From Psammoneis japonica (taxonomy: Eukaryota): a stretch of DNA of 64,000 nucleotides. Each line of letters starts with the position of its first letter. Positions within the stretch are counted from its first letter, which is position 1. The stretch spans positions 62,001 through 126,000 of the forward strand of contig QPGO01000004.1 in NCBI GenBank assembly GCA_008632985.1. The letters are read 5' to 3'. Below the pieces are notes generated by a model. It made no database searches. It was not told where the DNA came from and worked only from the letters and a program-made list of their open reading frames with translations. The translations under genes were made by a program, and so were the position numbers. Positions 22,578 through 38,389 of the stretch are shown here, one piece after another.

Positions 22578-22869
22578 GAATCACAAGCCATTTAGCCAAA
22601 ATTCGAGCTAAAAACAGCAAAGGAGACCCCCCTTAATTCGTGACTGAAAATTGAGCACCCCTTTGAGTCACGGGTTTCAGGTGGGGGTTCGTTTCATTCT
22701 GTCATCTCATTTTTTGCTTTTTGGCGAAAACCGGCGACGGCGACGACTTCTGGCCATAGGCTGAACTACGGAACATCTCTTGTTTGTTTCATTGACCAAC
22801 ACTCTGTGTCCTCTACTCAATGCTTTTTCAAGCGTATTAAAAACGAGTACACTAGGAAATTATTGAGAA

Positions 22870-23241
22870 ATGGCGACCAAGGTGAGCAACGAGGGTGACG
22901 AGTACTTTCTCAACGAGGATGAGGCGCAAAACAGTGAGATGGCAGCGGTAAAACGCAAGCAATCGATCGTTGTGATTGCAATCGTTTTGTGTGCTGTGGC
23001 TTTTGTGGGGATAGCGGTAAATGCTTTCAGGAACAAGGGACTATCACAGGAATCGGACAGTATTTTTACAGTGGATAGCTCGAAGTACGGAGTACCCGAC
23101 GAGTGCGACGGATACACCGCCTTCTGTGCCGAAAGCAAGACCACAGGCTCAGTCCAATGCAGCTGCGGAGATTATCTGTACAAGTGGAGCGAAGATGGCG
23201 GTGAATGGGCCTTGTACAGCTACGATGCATATGAAAACTAG
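22870..23241 (+). CDS. Small single-pass membrane protein with Cys-containing C-terminal domain
   Basis: 123-aa ATG ORF, TM IVVIAIVLCAVAFVGIAV; normal dinucleotide composition resumes here. Confidence 0.65.
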   Translation: MATKVSNEGDEYFLNEDEAQNSEMAAVKRKQSIVVIAIVLCAVAFVGIAVNAFRNKGLSQESDSIFTVDSSKYGVPDECDGYTAFCAESKTTGSVQCSCGDYLYKWSEDGGEWALYSYDAYEN

Positions 23242-23711
23242 GAAAACGATCGACAGTGTCCGCGAGTATCCCTTGCGTACAGTGGGTACTGTAGCAGAAG
23301 CATCATGACATGCTATTCTTCGTCTCTTGTCTTGGGGATCACGAACGCTTCTGAGGCATTGAAGTGACGCACATGCTCAAACGTTATAATTGTTAATAAG
23401 GAACTCTCTACCGGTGGAGCCGAGGTGCGTTACATTCTACTGTAGAAATGCGACCCTTACATTTGAAGCATGCCAACTTGCGAGACACATGAGATGCTAG
23501 ACATGCTGGCGATCACAAACCTCCACTCGAAAACCTGAACCTTGATAAGGATACTTCATTCATGAAACTGCTAGAAAATGCCAGCTCGCCAAGCACATGA
23601 TGCTATCGACAGATGTACCGCTCTCTCCACGAGAGAGTTACCCATTTCACTCGAAGTTGCGAAATTTTGGCTACAACCCTTCAATACGTGGGCGCTCTGG
23701 GCCGCTGAAAA

Positions 23712-24784
23712 ATGAGCAAAAGCGGCGAGACTGGAGGAGAAAACGAGGACCAAATCACGGAAGCTTTGGACGCAGTGCTGAGAGATCAGCCGGAAGACTA
23801 TGATGAAAGGGTTCGCTTATTTTTCGACACTGACGAGGGCCGGCGCTCATGGGAGGCTATTCTTCAAGATGGCGGAGCCTTCAACGTTCAGGCTTCAGAA
23901 GAGACGCAACGCTCCGGCCATTTGCAGTCTCAGGAGGAGCACGGAAACGGCGAGAGCGTGGCGGTAGGTGATCCGGTAAGTCGATGGACAGCGTGTACAA
24001 CTGCAGTAGGCTCGTATCCCCACTAAATAGCACTTCGTGTCCTTGCCGACATCATGACGGGCTTGCCCTGCTAAAGCCTGTCACAATGAACCATCTAATA
24101 CAGCAGTTGAGGTTGTTTCTAGAGAACAACGACGCGTTGATCCAGCAAGCCATTCGTAGCAACGAGTTTGGGCGGTGCGAAGTGCTCCTTCCAGACAGTT
24201 TGGGCAAAGGAGTACCAATCACTGCAAAAAGCCCGAAACGCAAGTTTGTCACAAGTACCACCACCAAGAAAAAGCGAAAGCTGAAGGATCCAAGTGGATC
24301 GTATTTGTGCGGTCGTTGCGGCCAACCAAAAAGGGTCAAGTTGAAAGGAGGCGGAACGGGGCCTCACATCTGCACGAAGCCTGGCAAGTACCGTTTCGAC
24401 AGCAACAAAGCCAAGGCACTAAAGAAAAAGGGCATGGGGAAAACAGCGTCTGCTTCACTCGTCTCCGCTGTCAAGGCAAAGGGGGGAAGTCGTGGTTCGT
24501 ACATGTGCGGCCGCTGTGGCGTCCCCAAGAAAGGCCATGTCTGTCCCTTCCAGCTTGAAGAAGATCAGGAATCAACAGATGATGACGAGGACGAGAACTC
24601 CAACGAAGAAGAATACGAGGATTGGGACGTGGGAACGGTATGTCATTCAGTGCTTGGCTTTCTTGTTTCGTGCTGTTTGTCTCATTTTTCTCTTGAACGT
24701 ATGACATAGTTCGACGAGCCCGACGATTGGCCTTCTGGTCCAGACGATCAAAATGATCAAGGCCCGCCCATGGTTGCGGTCTAG
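23712..24784 (+). CDS. Protein with two C-x2-C...H-x-C zinc-knuckle-like motifs (introns ~23976-24103 and 24638-24709)
   Basis: YLCGRCGQPKR...GPHIC and YMCGRCGVPKKGHVCP, a basic NLS-like stretch and an acidic tail. GT-AG introns restore one frame ending ...PPMVAV* at 24784. Confidence 0.7.
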
Positions 24785-24804
24785 ATGGCATTGGGTGCTG
24801 GAGT

Positions 24805-24988
24805 GAGCTCAGCCAAATGCCGTTTTCTGTCGGTACAACAGTTTCAGATAATTCTCTTGTATGAACGTCTAAGCTTCGTCCAAACGTCAGGAACACTGAT
24901 GAGGTTCCTGTCGAGAAGCTTAGGCGTGCAGTACAAGAGAATTATCTGAAACTGCTGCACCGACAGAAAACGACATTTGGCTGGGCTC
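24805..24988. repeat. Long inverted repeat / hairpin (arms ~73 bp, 24805-24877 and 24915-24988)
   Basis: gagctcagccaaatgccgttttctgtcggtacaacagtttcagataattctcttgta...aagcttc pairs with gaagctt...tacaagagaattatctgaaactgctgcaccgacagaaaacgacatttggctgggctc. Inner caggaac/gttcctg stem in the loop. Confidence 0.92.
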
Positions 24989-25410
24989 TTCTTCAGACGA
25001 CATTGATGGAGGATGAGTGATGATGTAATAACGTTGGACGTTGGATGTTTGAGTTAGTTGCCAGCGCCACACTGCCAACACCGTTGATGGAGGTCGAAAT
25101 GTTCTCTTGTGTTGAGCGACGCGCGCGTTCGTGATGAATAGGGCAATTGTGTAGTCGTATACGTCAAATAGTAGGGTGTAACGGCAGTACTTAATTAAAA
25201 TGTTAGTGCGATCAATAAGTGAGAATCTGTACTTAGGGAAAGGACATCTTTTCCAAGACGCGACAAAATTCTCCACCACGTGGTGTTATACCGGTATGTT
25301 GTTCGCACAAAAAAAAAAAACCGATCGTGCTCTCGAATCGGGATATCCAAAATCCCTCACACAAAAAAGAATCTCGCTGTTCGTCAGCCAGAAAAGTATC
25401 GTTTTGAAGC

Positions 25411-26394
25411 ATGAAAGTCGTGGTCAAAGGCACAGAGGTGCCTGAGGCTACTACCTACAACTCACTCCTTGTCAATCACACGACGCAGCTTGGTTGGTAC
25501 CCTCCTCTCAAGTGGACCAAGGAGGATGCCATCGCGGAAGACGTGTTTGAGAAGAATGGTGAGAAGTTACCGATTGGTCTCTACGTGAGTGCGATCGAAA
25601 AGGGTCGTGAGTTGCACAAGGTAACGCTCGAAAAGACGCAGAGTGACATTTGCAACGAGCTTCAGACCGTTGAAGTTCTCTGGTTGTCGACGATTGATGA
25701 ATCAAACATGGAGAGTGAAGACGAGAACAAGCATACCGACGGGATCAAGTACAGGGATCTCTTGTATCGGTACCTTCACGTCGTATCCAAGGCTCTTATC
25801 AAGAATCGCTCTACTACGAGTGAATCTACTGTCGTTCCGGCTGCTTTCCATATCAGCAACCCGGCTCATACAAGCTCGGAAGAGGAGGCCGCCGCAGGTA
25901 TTCTTCGTCTTCAAGCCCAGGCTTTGCTCCACCAAGACCTTAATTCTGCTGTGCATGAGGCTGTTATTGAGCCTCGCGATCACGACGTGTTGCTCGGTCG
26001 CTCGAGTGTTGCTGTCAGGCACGTTGGCAACATGAGCTGGAAGATTCTCGTCACGAACAACAAGCCCTTGTACACGTCTCTGACGAGTCGCCGAGACAAG
26101 ACTATGCTTACGCGGAGTATCGTAGAAGCCGTCAAGAATCAAAGTCCACCCGGTCGGTTCTTGCAAAAGGATCCCGAGACTGGTCTTTGGGTCGAAGTGG
26201 AAATGCAAAAGGCCATGGAGAAGACCTCTCAAGCTCTACGAGATGCTCCTGCGTTGCTGGCGCCTGCGCATCATCACATGGCGCAGCGTGCTCGTAGATC
26301 GACCCGTGCTGGTGGTGTTCCCGCTCTTGTGGGACCGAGTGGCCGGTTTTATGCTCGCAGTGTCGTTGGCACGCGTCCAACGCAGGTCGTCTAA
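25411..26394 (+). CDS. DUF6824-domain protein
   Basis: DVLLGR...HVGN...K..TRSIV...GRFL...W.EV...EKTSQALRD, the diatom-expanded DUF6824 pattern. Confidence 0.85.
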   Translation: MKVVVKGTEVPEATTYNSLLVNHTTQLGWYPPLKWTKEDAIAEDVFEKNGEKLPIGLYVSAIEKGRELHKVTLEKTQSDICNELQTVEVLWLSTIDESNMESEDENKHTDGIKYRDLLYRYLHVVSKALIKNRSTTSESTVVPAAFHISNPAHTSSEEEAAAGILRLQAQALLHQDLNSAVHEAVIEPRDHDVLLGRSSVAVRHVGNMSWKILVTNNKPLYTSLTSRRDKTMLTRSIVEAVKNQSPPGRFLQKDPETGLWVEVEMQKAMEKTSQALRDAPALLAPAHHHMAQRARRSTRAGGVPALVGPSGRFYARSVVGTRPTQVV

Positions 26395-27341
26395 GCCGTT
26401 CTTTTGGGGAACAAAGAAATGTCGTTGGGGAAAACGGCAATGGATTTGTGGAAACTCGGTTCATAATGAGTGGCGAAGGAGTGAAATGGTGTGATAGAGT
26501 ACGTTCTGGTCTGATTCAAGTTAGTTCAAATGAAGACTGTTCGCAGGAAAAGGAATTATGGACACGTGTAATCGTAATACATATAGTAGGAGTATAAAAC
26601 AAACTTCTTGTCCATTTGTTGCTTATAGATTGCTCTCTTTAGATCTTAGTGGGAACTCTAGAGCTCTAACAGTGACACTATCGTATGAAACTACAAGTAG
26701 CGGTTGAAGGAGTCTACCGGTGTTTGCGTACCTTCTCTTAGAGTCACTCTCTCGAGAGTGCACTAGTAGTTAGTAGTGATTAGGACCGCGAAATGTGGAG
26801 ACACGACGCTCGATCGGCTCTTCCTCGGTATCACATGACTCACCCAATCCTTGGTCCTGCGGCGCAAGTGAGCAGGGAAGCGAAGATTTCGCTTCTCCAT
26901 TCCAGATCGTGATTTGTCGTGATCGCGATTATGAGCATAAGTGATAGATTTGTCTCATCCATGAACTTTTGTCCAGTAAACATTTTTTCGTTCATTCATC
27001 GTTGATAAGACATTAAAATAATCGCACCAACAATTCGAGTCGGGGATAGCCCTCTCACATTTAAAGGAGTGAACTCCCACCAAACTCACTCGACCGAACC
27101 ACGACGTCCTTTCGTTTCCGCGTTCTCTAAATCATTCACGAAGATTATCTTCCACTGCGCTGGCGGTTATTTTTGCCATATTAATTTTGTCGACGTGACC
27201 TGCGGCGAGCACTCAACTGTGACTAAAGCATACGTCACACACGGCTCACGGATACCAAACGAATGATCTCACACTCCCCCCTCGCTCGTTCCTCACAAAA
27301 AACAAATTGCGCAACGCTCACACAGCTAGCACAACGTCACC

Positions 27342-28914
27342 ATGGCTTGTACAATCCTTCAACCACCCCCTGAGATCTCAAAGCCGTCAAAGTTGGGAAT
27401 CGACCTGCTACCGACTATTTTCGAAGAGCTCTCGATTGAACTAGACGACGAGGAGGAACCCGAAGCGCCACTCATCGTCGATGACGAGCTTCCTCCGACG
27501 GATTCTGCAGATCTTTCCATGATTACAGACGACGAACCTCAATCTCCACCTTACGTCGACATCCTACCGTCAGATTCCGAAGAGCGTTCCGTGAGCTCAG
27601 AGGACGAATCTCAACTTAGCCAAGACGACTACCTTCCCCCGACGGATTCCGAAGATCTTTCTATGAGCTCAGAGGACGATCTTCAAGTTAGTGTCGATGA
27701 CGATCGCCGACCCTTGATTTTGGATGATCTATCCATGATCAGCGACGACGAACATTACCATCCACTCGTTGATGATGACTACCTCCTTCCGACGGCTTCT
27801 GAAGACCTTTCGATAATCACAGACGACGAGCCTCAACCCCAACTTCAAGTCATCGTCAATGACTCTCATCATCCACTGGGTTGGCGTCCGCCATTGACCT
27901 TTACTGACGATGATTTACTCGCCGTCAAGAGTCAGTACAAGAACCTTCCAATTGGAGTCGTCACGAAGGCGGTCGAAATGGGGAGAAACGTGCTAGCAAC
28001 GACGCTCAATCAAGCTCTAAACGATTTGTTAGAGAACAAGAGGTCCTTAGTGGACTCCCTCCTTGAACCTCCAAGATTCACGGATGACACAAAAGAGTGG
28101 CAACGAAGCGAATGTAAGTAAGAAACAACCTGGAAAGAATCCCTAGATCCGGTATGAAAATGGTGACAACGAACTAACACGTTCATCGCGCCTCGCATTT
28201 GATATTTCAGATGTCAAGCTAATCAATAAAGATTTAAGGTTGGTGGTGAACGCAATGAAGGAGAATGATGAGCAAGAGATTGACCTTCCAGACGATGACT
28301 TGCTCAATGATATCGAGCCATTGAGCGAAGATGAAGATGGTATCGACGTTACTCTGCAGGCTCAAGTGAGCACTCCTGAGAGGGACAATATCCGTGTTCT
28401 GAACGTGGTGTCCCCCATCCCTGAAATCTCCGGAATGGGCGATGTATACACCAAAGCGATTGTCGATACGCCGAAGAAAACTGACCCATCACCGCCGACA
28501 AAGAATCCAAAACGTCGCTCGCCTCCTTCGCCAAGACCACCTGAAGATGCCTTCGTTTCTGACGAACCAACAGAATTCGACGTGATCTTGGGAAGAGGAG
28601 CAGGGCCAATGATGCACAGGGGAAACAGGGAGTGGCGCCGAATCTTGAGAGACTACGTGGACGACTATCGCACCAACGTGGACTCCGCGAAGCGCAAAAA
28701 AATCACGCTGAAGGTGGTTCGCATAGTTCGGGACCCTAGACCCGGAGAGCCTTTTGGTCGCTTTCTTCAATACGATCATGAAACTAAACGGTGGTTTGAA
28801 GTTGGAGACCAAAAGGCGCAGAAGAAAGCAGCGCAAGGTCTGCGTGACATGATCAACAGTCTTGGTCTTGACTGCCCTCCAAACAAGAAACGCAAGTTGA
28901 TCTCATCCTCATAA
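27342..28914 (+). CDS. DUF6824-domain protein with N-terminal acidic repeats (intron 28114-28210)
   Basis: DVILGRG...HRGN...GRFL...WFEVGDQKAQKKAAQGLRD. The GTAAGT...CAG intron joins the 27342 and 28240 ORFs in frame. Confidence 0.85.
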
Positions 28915-29856
28915 GGGAGATTTAGAGTCAGGTCCCGGAGCACGGCTCTCACATTTTATACTTTAGCGTGCAGTGGGCCTCGCCAAGGGGGTTACCATCA
29001 CCAACAGCACGAGAGAGCTGCTTATAGGCTATGACTTCTGCTGTTGGACGATCGTTGCTTAAAAGTACCATCACTTTGGTTTGAAACTAAGTCGATAAGG
29101 GACGGACTTTTGACCTTGCGACAAGTATGTAGACGTGTTAAAACCTTTAGTTTCAGGGATGGAAACATATAGCTTGATTCGTTCTAGGTACCTCTCACAG
29201 CTCTTGGGAACGTACAACGAGACTGCTTTTCGGAATCATGCCCTTGTCGTACGTGTGCAATTGTGTCGCCCAAACCCAATCACTAAGAAGAGTTCTAGAT
29301 CAGCTCTGTCAAACTTGCAATTTCATTCGCAAAATCGACAAAAGCACAGCTCAGAGAAACAAAAAGAGTGCAGAGAGTTGAGAAGCCTGCGCAAAATACA
29401 ATGCAGTGGCAATGCAACAGTCAACATACCGAATACTGACGTCTAGCTCCTCTCTACAGCCAGCTAGCCGCTACCAACTCTAACTCTTCGATCGAATACA
29501 TAGTCACGCTGACGACGCACTTGACGACCAAACTTAATCCCCTCTTGCCCGAACACCACCGACTATCAGGGGCGACGCAAGGAAATGAATATTTTTTTCT
29601 CTTTACCAATGCGAGGACCTAGCCAGCTTTGCCGTTTCCAAGAGATGCTTGGGAGGATGCGCCGTTTCCAAGAGCTGCCCAGCATTTTTGAGACCAATTT
29701 TTTGCAGATACACCAAAAAACTTATCAAGCATGACATCACTTGAGTTGTCCCTCCACGAATTCTGCTGTCCTTTGTCGTAGCCAGACCGCGAATAAGGTA
29801 GGATTGTTCGAACAGATTCTCCATCGCAAATGCCTTGGGCACCGTGCTGCCCTCCT

Positions 29857-30960
29857 TTAGCTGATACCCAGAGAGTTGTCGTTGTAGGTCGTCACCCCAA
29901 CAGGCAAGGATAACGTCGTAGAAAATAGACCGGAAATCGATTTCTTGGATCGCCGGAACGGTATCCCACTAACAAACTCTTCGACTAATTTACATTCAAA
30001 CTCCACCCCTTTGCTAAATGGTTCATTCCAAGAGACTTCACAATCGAAACCATGCAACGGAAGCACTTCGCAGAATGACTTGGTCAGACATCTTATCAGC
30101 AGAGTCACAACAAAAAGAGCTTCCCAACCATCTCCTGATTGTATCTTTTGCGTTCGAAAGCTCTCCAACTGTTCGCAGATAACTCCGAGACAGCGTCGCA
30201 CCGTTACAGGGAGAACTGGTAGTCTGGATAAAGAAAGAAGAAGTTGGGTCATATGATAAGGTATCCAAAGAGCGATCGGCGTCTTTTCAATAACATCGAC
30301 GTCCATTAATTCACGAAACATTTCAGGAACAAGAGCATAGTCCCCAGCTAACATCGTCATCAACAAAGTTTCAACTTTCTCAAGTGAAACACCTGTGTCA
30401 ACGAATTTCTGTATCGCTCCTTCGCGTCGCTGATGTGGAAAACTGTTTTACATTGCACCGTAATAGAGCAGGATTAATCCCAGGTACAGAGCCGAATGGG
30501 GGCTTAAAGAAGAAGGATAGCCAAGCAAACTCTTGGATCGGGAAAGATTTCGTTCAAGGGGAAGCCTCCTCGTTTTCACTTCTCTCACTTGGGGAGTGCA
30601 TGAAAGATGTAAGCGTATGGTTCACAGAAATCGCACGTGAGAAACGTAGCGAGATCCTCGCTCATGGCAGCCTCCAGCAAATTCAGCTCGTCAATTAGAA
30701 GAACGCACTGGACACTGCCCAACCAGTCTGTCACATCTTCTTTCTTGACAACATTAGACGCAGCAAAAAGGTTGAAACCCCCTGCGTCAGGCTTCCCTCC
30801 TAGAGAGAGAGCGCCGCGAATAGAATTCTGCGGCACAGGCAGGGCTTCCAAAGGACTGTGTTTTTCTCTCAAAGCGATGGCGGCGTCTGACCATTGACCC
30901 TGACAGAAATGATTGACGCATCAGTCTTGTTGTCCTTGTGGAGCGCCCAAGCAATCAAAC
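29857..30960 (-). pseudogene. Frameshifted, 5'-truncated Crinkler-like P-loop NTPase gene
   Basis: Pieces IAWALH...SIISVRVNGQTP, CVLLIDELN (Walker B-like), SPSER/EVKTRRLPL, SALYLGLI, WIPYHM and SGDGWEALF lie in different frames. No Walker A found; sequence switches to unrelated block-2 DNA near 30960. Confidence 0.6.
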
Positions 30961-33330
30961 TTGTCAAAAATCTTCTTTGAAATTGTTGGAAAGAGAGCCT
31001 TGCACTTTCAGGTGGAGCTCTTGTCAACATGGGCATGTTCACATTGCCACTCATGTGCATGCCTTGAGGGAACAGCAGCAGGTGGTCTGTGACGTGCAGC
31101 AGTGGTTGAGAGGGTGATTCAGCAATTTTGGCTTGTGTGCCTTGAACCACTTGTGTTGCCAACTGCATGGTGGGTGCTGAAGTTGTGGTGCGAACAACAA
31201 TGAGCATGGCACCTCTTTGCATCAGGGCACTCACACATGTGCTTTTCGGCAAGTTTTTTGTGTGTGAGAAATCATGGTTGACTTGAGGTTTTGATCAGTG
31301 CTGGAAAGCCAGCACATGAGTTCCATTCACAATCACTTCTGGCACACATTGACCTTGCTTGCTGCTGCAAATTGTGCTCTCTGGCATGATGTCTGCACAG
31401 TCCAAGTCAGTCATGTCAATGGCACACAAATTCTCTCTCGTCAGGAGTGCAGAAAGCAGCGCTCAATCCAGGGCAGGTCCTGAAAGACTGTTGAAGGCAC
31501 AGAAGAGCGTGCTTCTGGAAGGTTGTGACACAGAGTTGCAGGGAAAACCAGAGGGTGGTCTTCAGGTGGCCATGTCACAAACCCTGGCTCAGAGCAGCTC
31601 AGAAGGGACCCCAAGCTGGTGGAGAGCTGTCCACCACCCAACGGGACATTGCTGGCATGCACACAGTTTTGTTCCCCATTGACAACTCCACATTGGATTT
31701 GGCAACAGAGGTCTGGCCATGACATCACAGAGATCCTTGAAGAAGGGAGTCAAAGAATTCTTGTGCTTTCAAAATGCTGACACCCCAAACAATGAGAAGC
31801 AAAAAATCAGCTTTCAATCACTCGCTTTTTCTTCTCACATCAACAACAACAAAGTTGACAGTCAACTGTCATGATCGATCCCATCAGGCAACCAAAGAAC
31901 CACAATGACATGTTGCTGTGATGCTGCGACCCTTTCTTGTTGAAGCTGGCTTTGATGGCATCTTTGAGCCAAGCTTGGCATTCTTCTCTTCAGCTTTGGA
32001 CTTGGTGCTGGCATTGGCATCTTGCTGCACTGCTGAGCTGGCCCTGACTCAGTCTGTTGCAACAATGCAAGCCTCAAGATTGCCATGGTCAAGATCTCAG
32101 ATGGAGTGCTGAGTGCACTTTTTCTGTCTTTGTTTTTGGAATGAGCATGCCCCTTTGACCAATCTGATTGGAGGAGGGCACCCATGACTTGTTTTGGTCT
32201 TTCTGACTGTGTGGCTCATCAAACCTTGGTTTTAAACTGTTCTCACTCATCCAGCTCTGTTGGAGCAGGGACATTGATCACTGTGACTGGATCATTTTGC
32301 AGCTTGGAAAAGGTCCACTCTTTTTTTGCCCACCCACCACACCCAAGGACAAGCGCTCTTCTTGCTGCAATTGACCCAGGGAGTCACTGGAGCAAGAAGG
32401 TCAAGACAGGAATTCCACGTTTGCTCCTTTGAAGACCCTGGCTTTTATGAAGGGAAGCAGGATCTGGTGTTGTCTTCAACTTTGAGGCCAGCATTGTCTT
32501 GCTGTTTGTGACCAGTGCAGTCAAATGCTGGAGGTCACTCCCAATGGACTGCTTTTCAAAACACGCCCGAGGAGCACTGGTTTTTTCTTTTGGCAATGAG
32601 CCCTTGTGCTGCACACAGGACCCTTTGGAGGGTGGGTTTGGGACCCCTCCACCCCCTTGTGCAGAGTGGAGCTTGTGCACCAAAAGCTCTCCTCCATGAG
32701 ATTCCCAAGCACTCCAATGTCAAGTCACTTCTCAGCGGTTCTTGGCTGGCTGGGATGTCAAGGGCTCATGCCAGGGGCGGGACTTTGCGGAGTGGTGCCA
32801 GTTCGGGTTCGTGCAAATCTTCACAAAGATGCATGGCGGAAGCTGAACTCACTGCCATTTGCAACAAGCAACAAGATTGTCTTGCAAAGGATGGAGCAGA
32901 TCTCATGGATTCGGTGGAGGATCATTTGTCACATGGCACGTCTCAGATTGTGAATTGGGCGTCAATGATCAAGCCCCGCCTCAAAGCCAGCGCAAAGGAA
33001 GCAAAGCGTCTCACGCTTCACGGCACATGTTCCATTGCAAGCTGCTTCAGAAGGGCATCACCATCAGGTGATGCCCCAGCCGGCTAGCCCCTTTGTCCCT
33101 TCTGCCGCACCAGCTCAGTGTGCTGGAAGTGTGGGTTGGCCGGCGTCGGCACAGCTGACAATGGAGTGACAGCACTTAAAAATTAGATCTGTTTTTTTTT
33201 TTTTAGTGCCAATTCGGATCCTCCAATCTAGAGAGAGATCGGTGACCCCCGTCATAATGCTTCCAACCACTCATCACAAACAATGAGGATGACGGTTCAG
33301 TCAAGTTCAGTGTTGGGATGCTTCTCTGCT
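30825..33330. other. Hypermutated block 2 (TpA/CpG depleted)
   Basis: By eye no TA from ~30825 to ~32230; few survivors afterwards, mostly TTAA/TTAG/CTAG; Tyr-free overlapping ORFs. Confidence 0.9.
32820..33087 (+). mobile_element. Possible decayed C-terminus of a non-LTR retrotransposon ORF
   Basis: HLSHGTSQIVNWASMIKPRLKASAKEAKRLTLHGTCSIASCF resembles, from memory, the tail of diatom LINE-type RT ORFs (...GxRSIxSYF). No RT core recognised. Confidence 0.3.
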
Positions 33331-33521
33331 CTCAAAAAAAGGGAAGACCGTTGCTTGGCGCTCGCGCGGCCCCGTCGTCATCGCCCCGACCCGTACACCG
33401 CGCGCGCACCACCACCGCACACGCTTGCCAATTTTCATCGGATTTTGCCGTCTTTAGCTCAAGCTCCCATGAGATTTTGCTCTAGCTTGAAGCTACTGTA
33501 TTAGAGAGGGTGGTTCTTTGA

Positions 33522-38136
<4,615 letters not shown>

Positions 38137-38389
38137 AGAACGCGAATCGACATCATACATTCGAGTGCGTGCGCTCGATCCCGGCGCCGTTAACTTTGGC
38201 GTTCGTGGATTTTGATGCAACATTGCTGTCGACACGGGAGGATCGCGCCTCTTCTGAGACCCTTGATCTCATCCCGGCTACATGAGCATGGCAGCGCTCA
38301 AGCCATTGATGCTGAAGGCGACATGGTAAATTGTTAGCTTGCTGTGCACTGAGTAAACATGGAAAAATAGAACAATGCTGAACTCTTTT

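Larger units (their letters stand above)
12130..22600. other. Hypermutated block 1 (TpA nearly absent, CpG depleted, TpG/CpA rich) containing decayed genes and duplications
   Basis: By eye no TA between ~12415-13750 or ~18615-20580. ORF-track peptides nearly lack Tyr, are Cys/His-rich and overlap densely in all six frames. Confidence 0.92.

Noticed and set aside
12130..22600. The many overlapping Cys/His-rich ORFs in the three blocks as real genes (e.g. metal-binding peptides)
   Set aside because: Losing TA removes TAA/TAG stops and Tyr codons and creates TGY/CAY codons, so such ORFs arise in all six frames as a by-product.
12130..22600. Classical fungal RIP, or CpG decay alone
   Set aside because: RIP raises TpA and lowers CpA/TpG, the reverse of what is seen; 5mC decay explains the CG loss but not the TA loss.
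33192..33204. Poly-T run as a retrotransposon tail
   Set aside because: Wrong orientation for the putative plus-strand LINE-like relic, and no TSD found.
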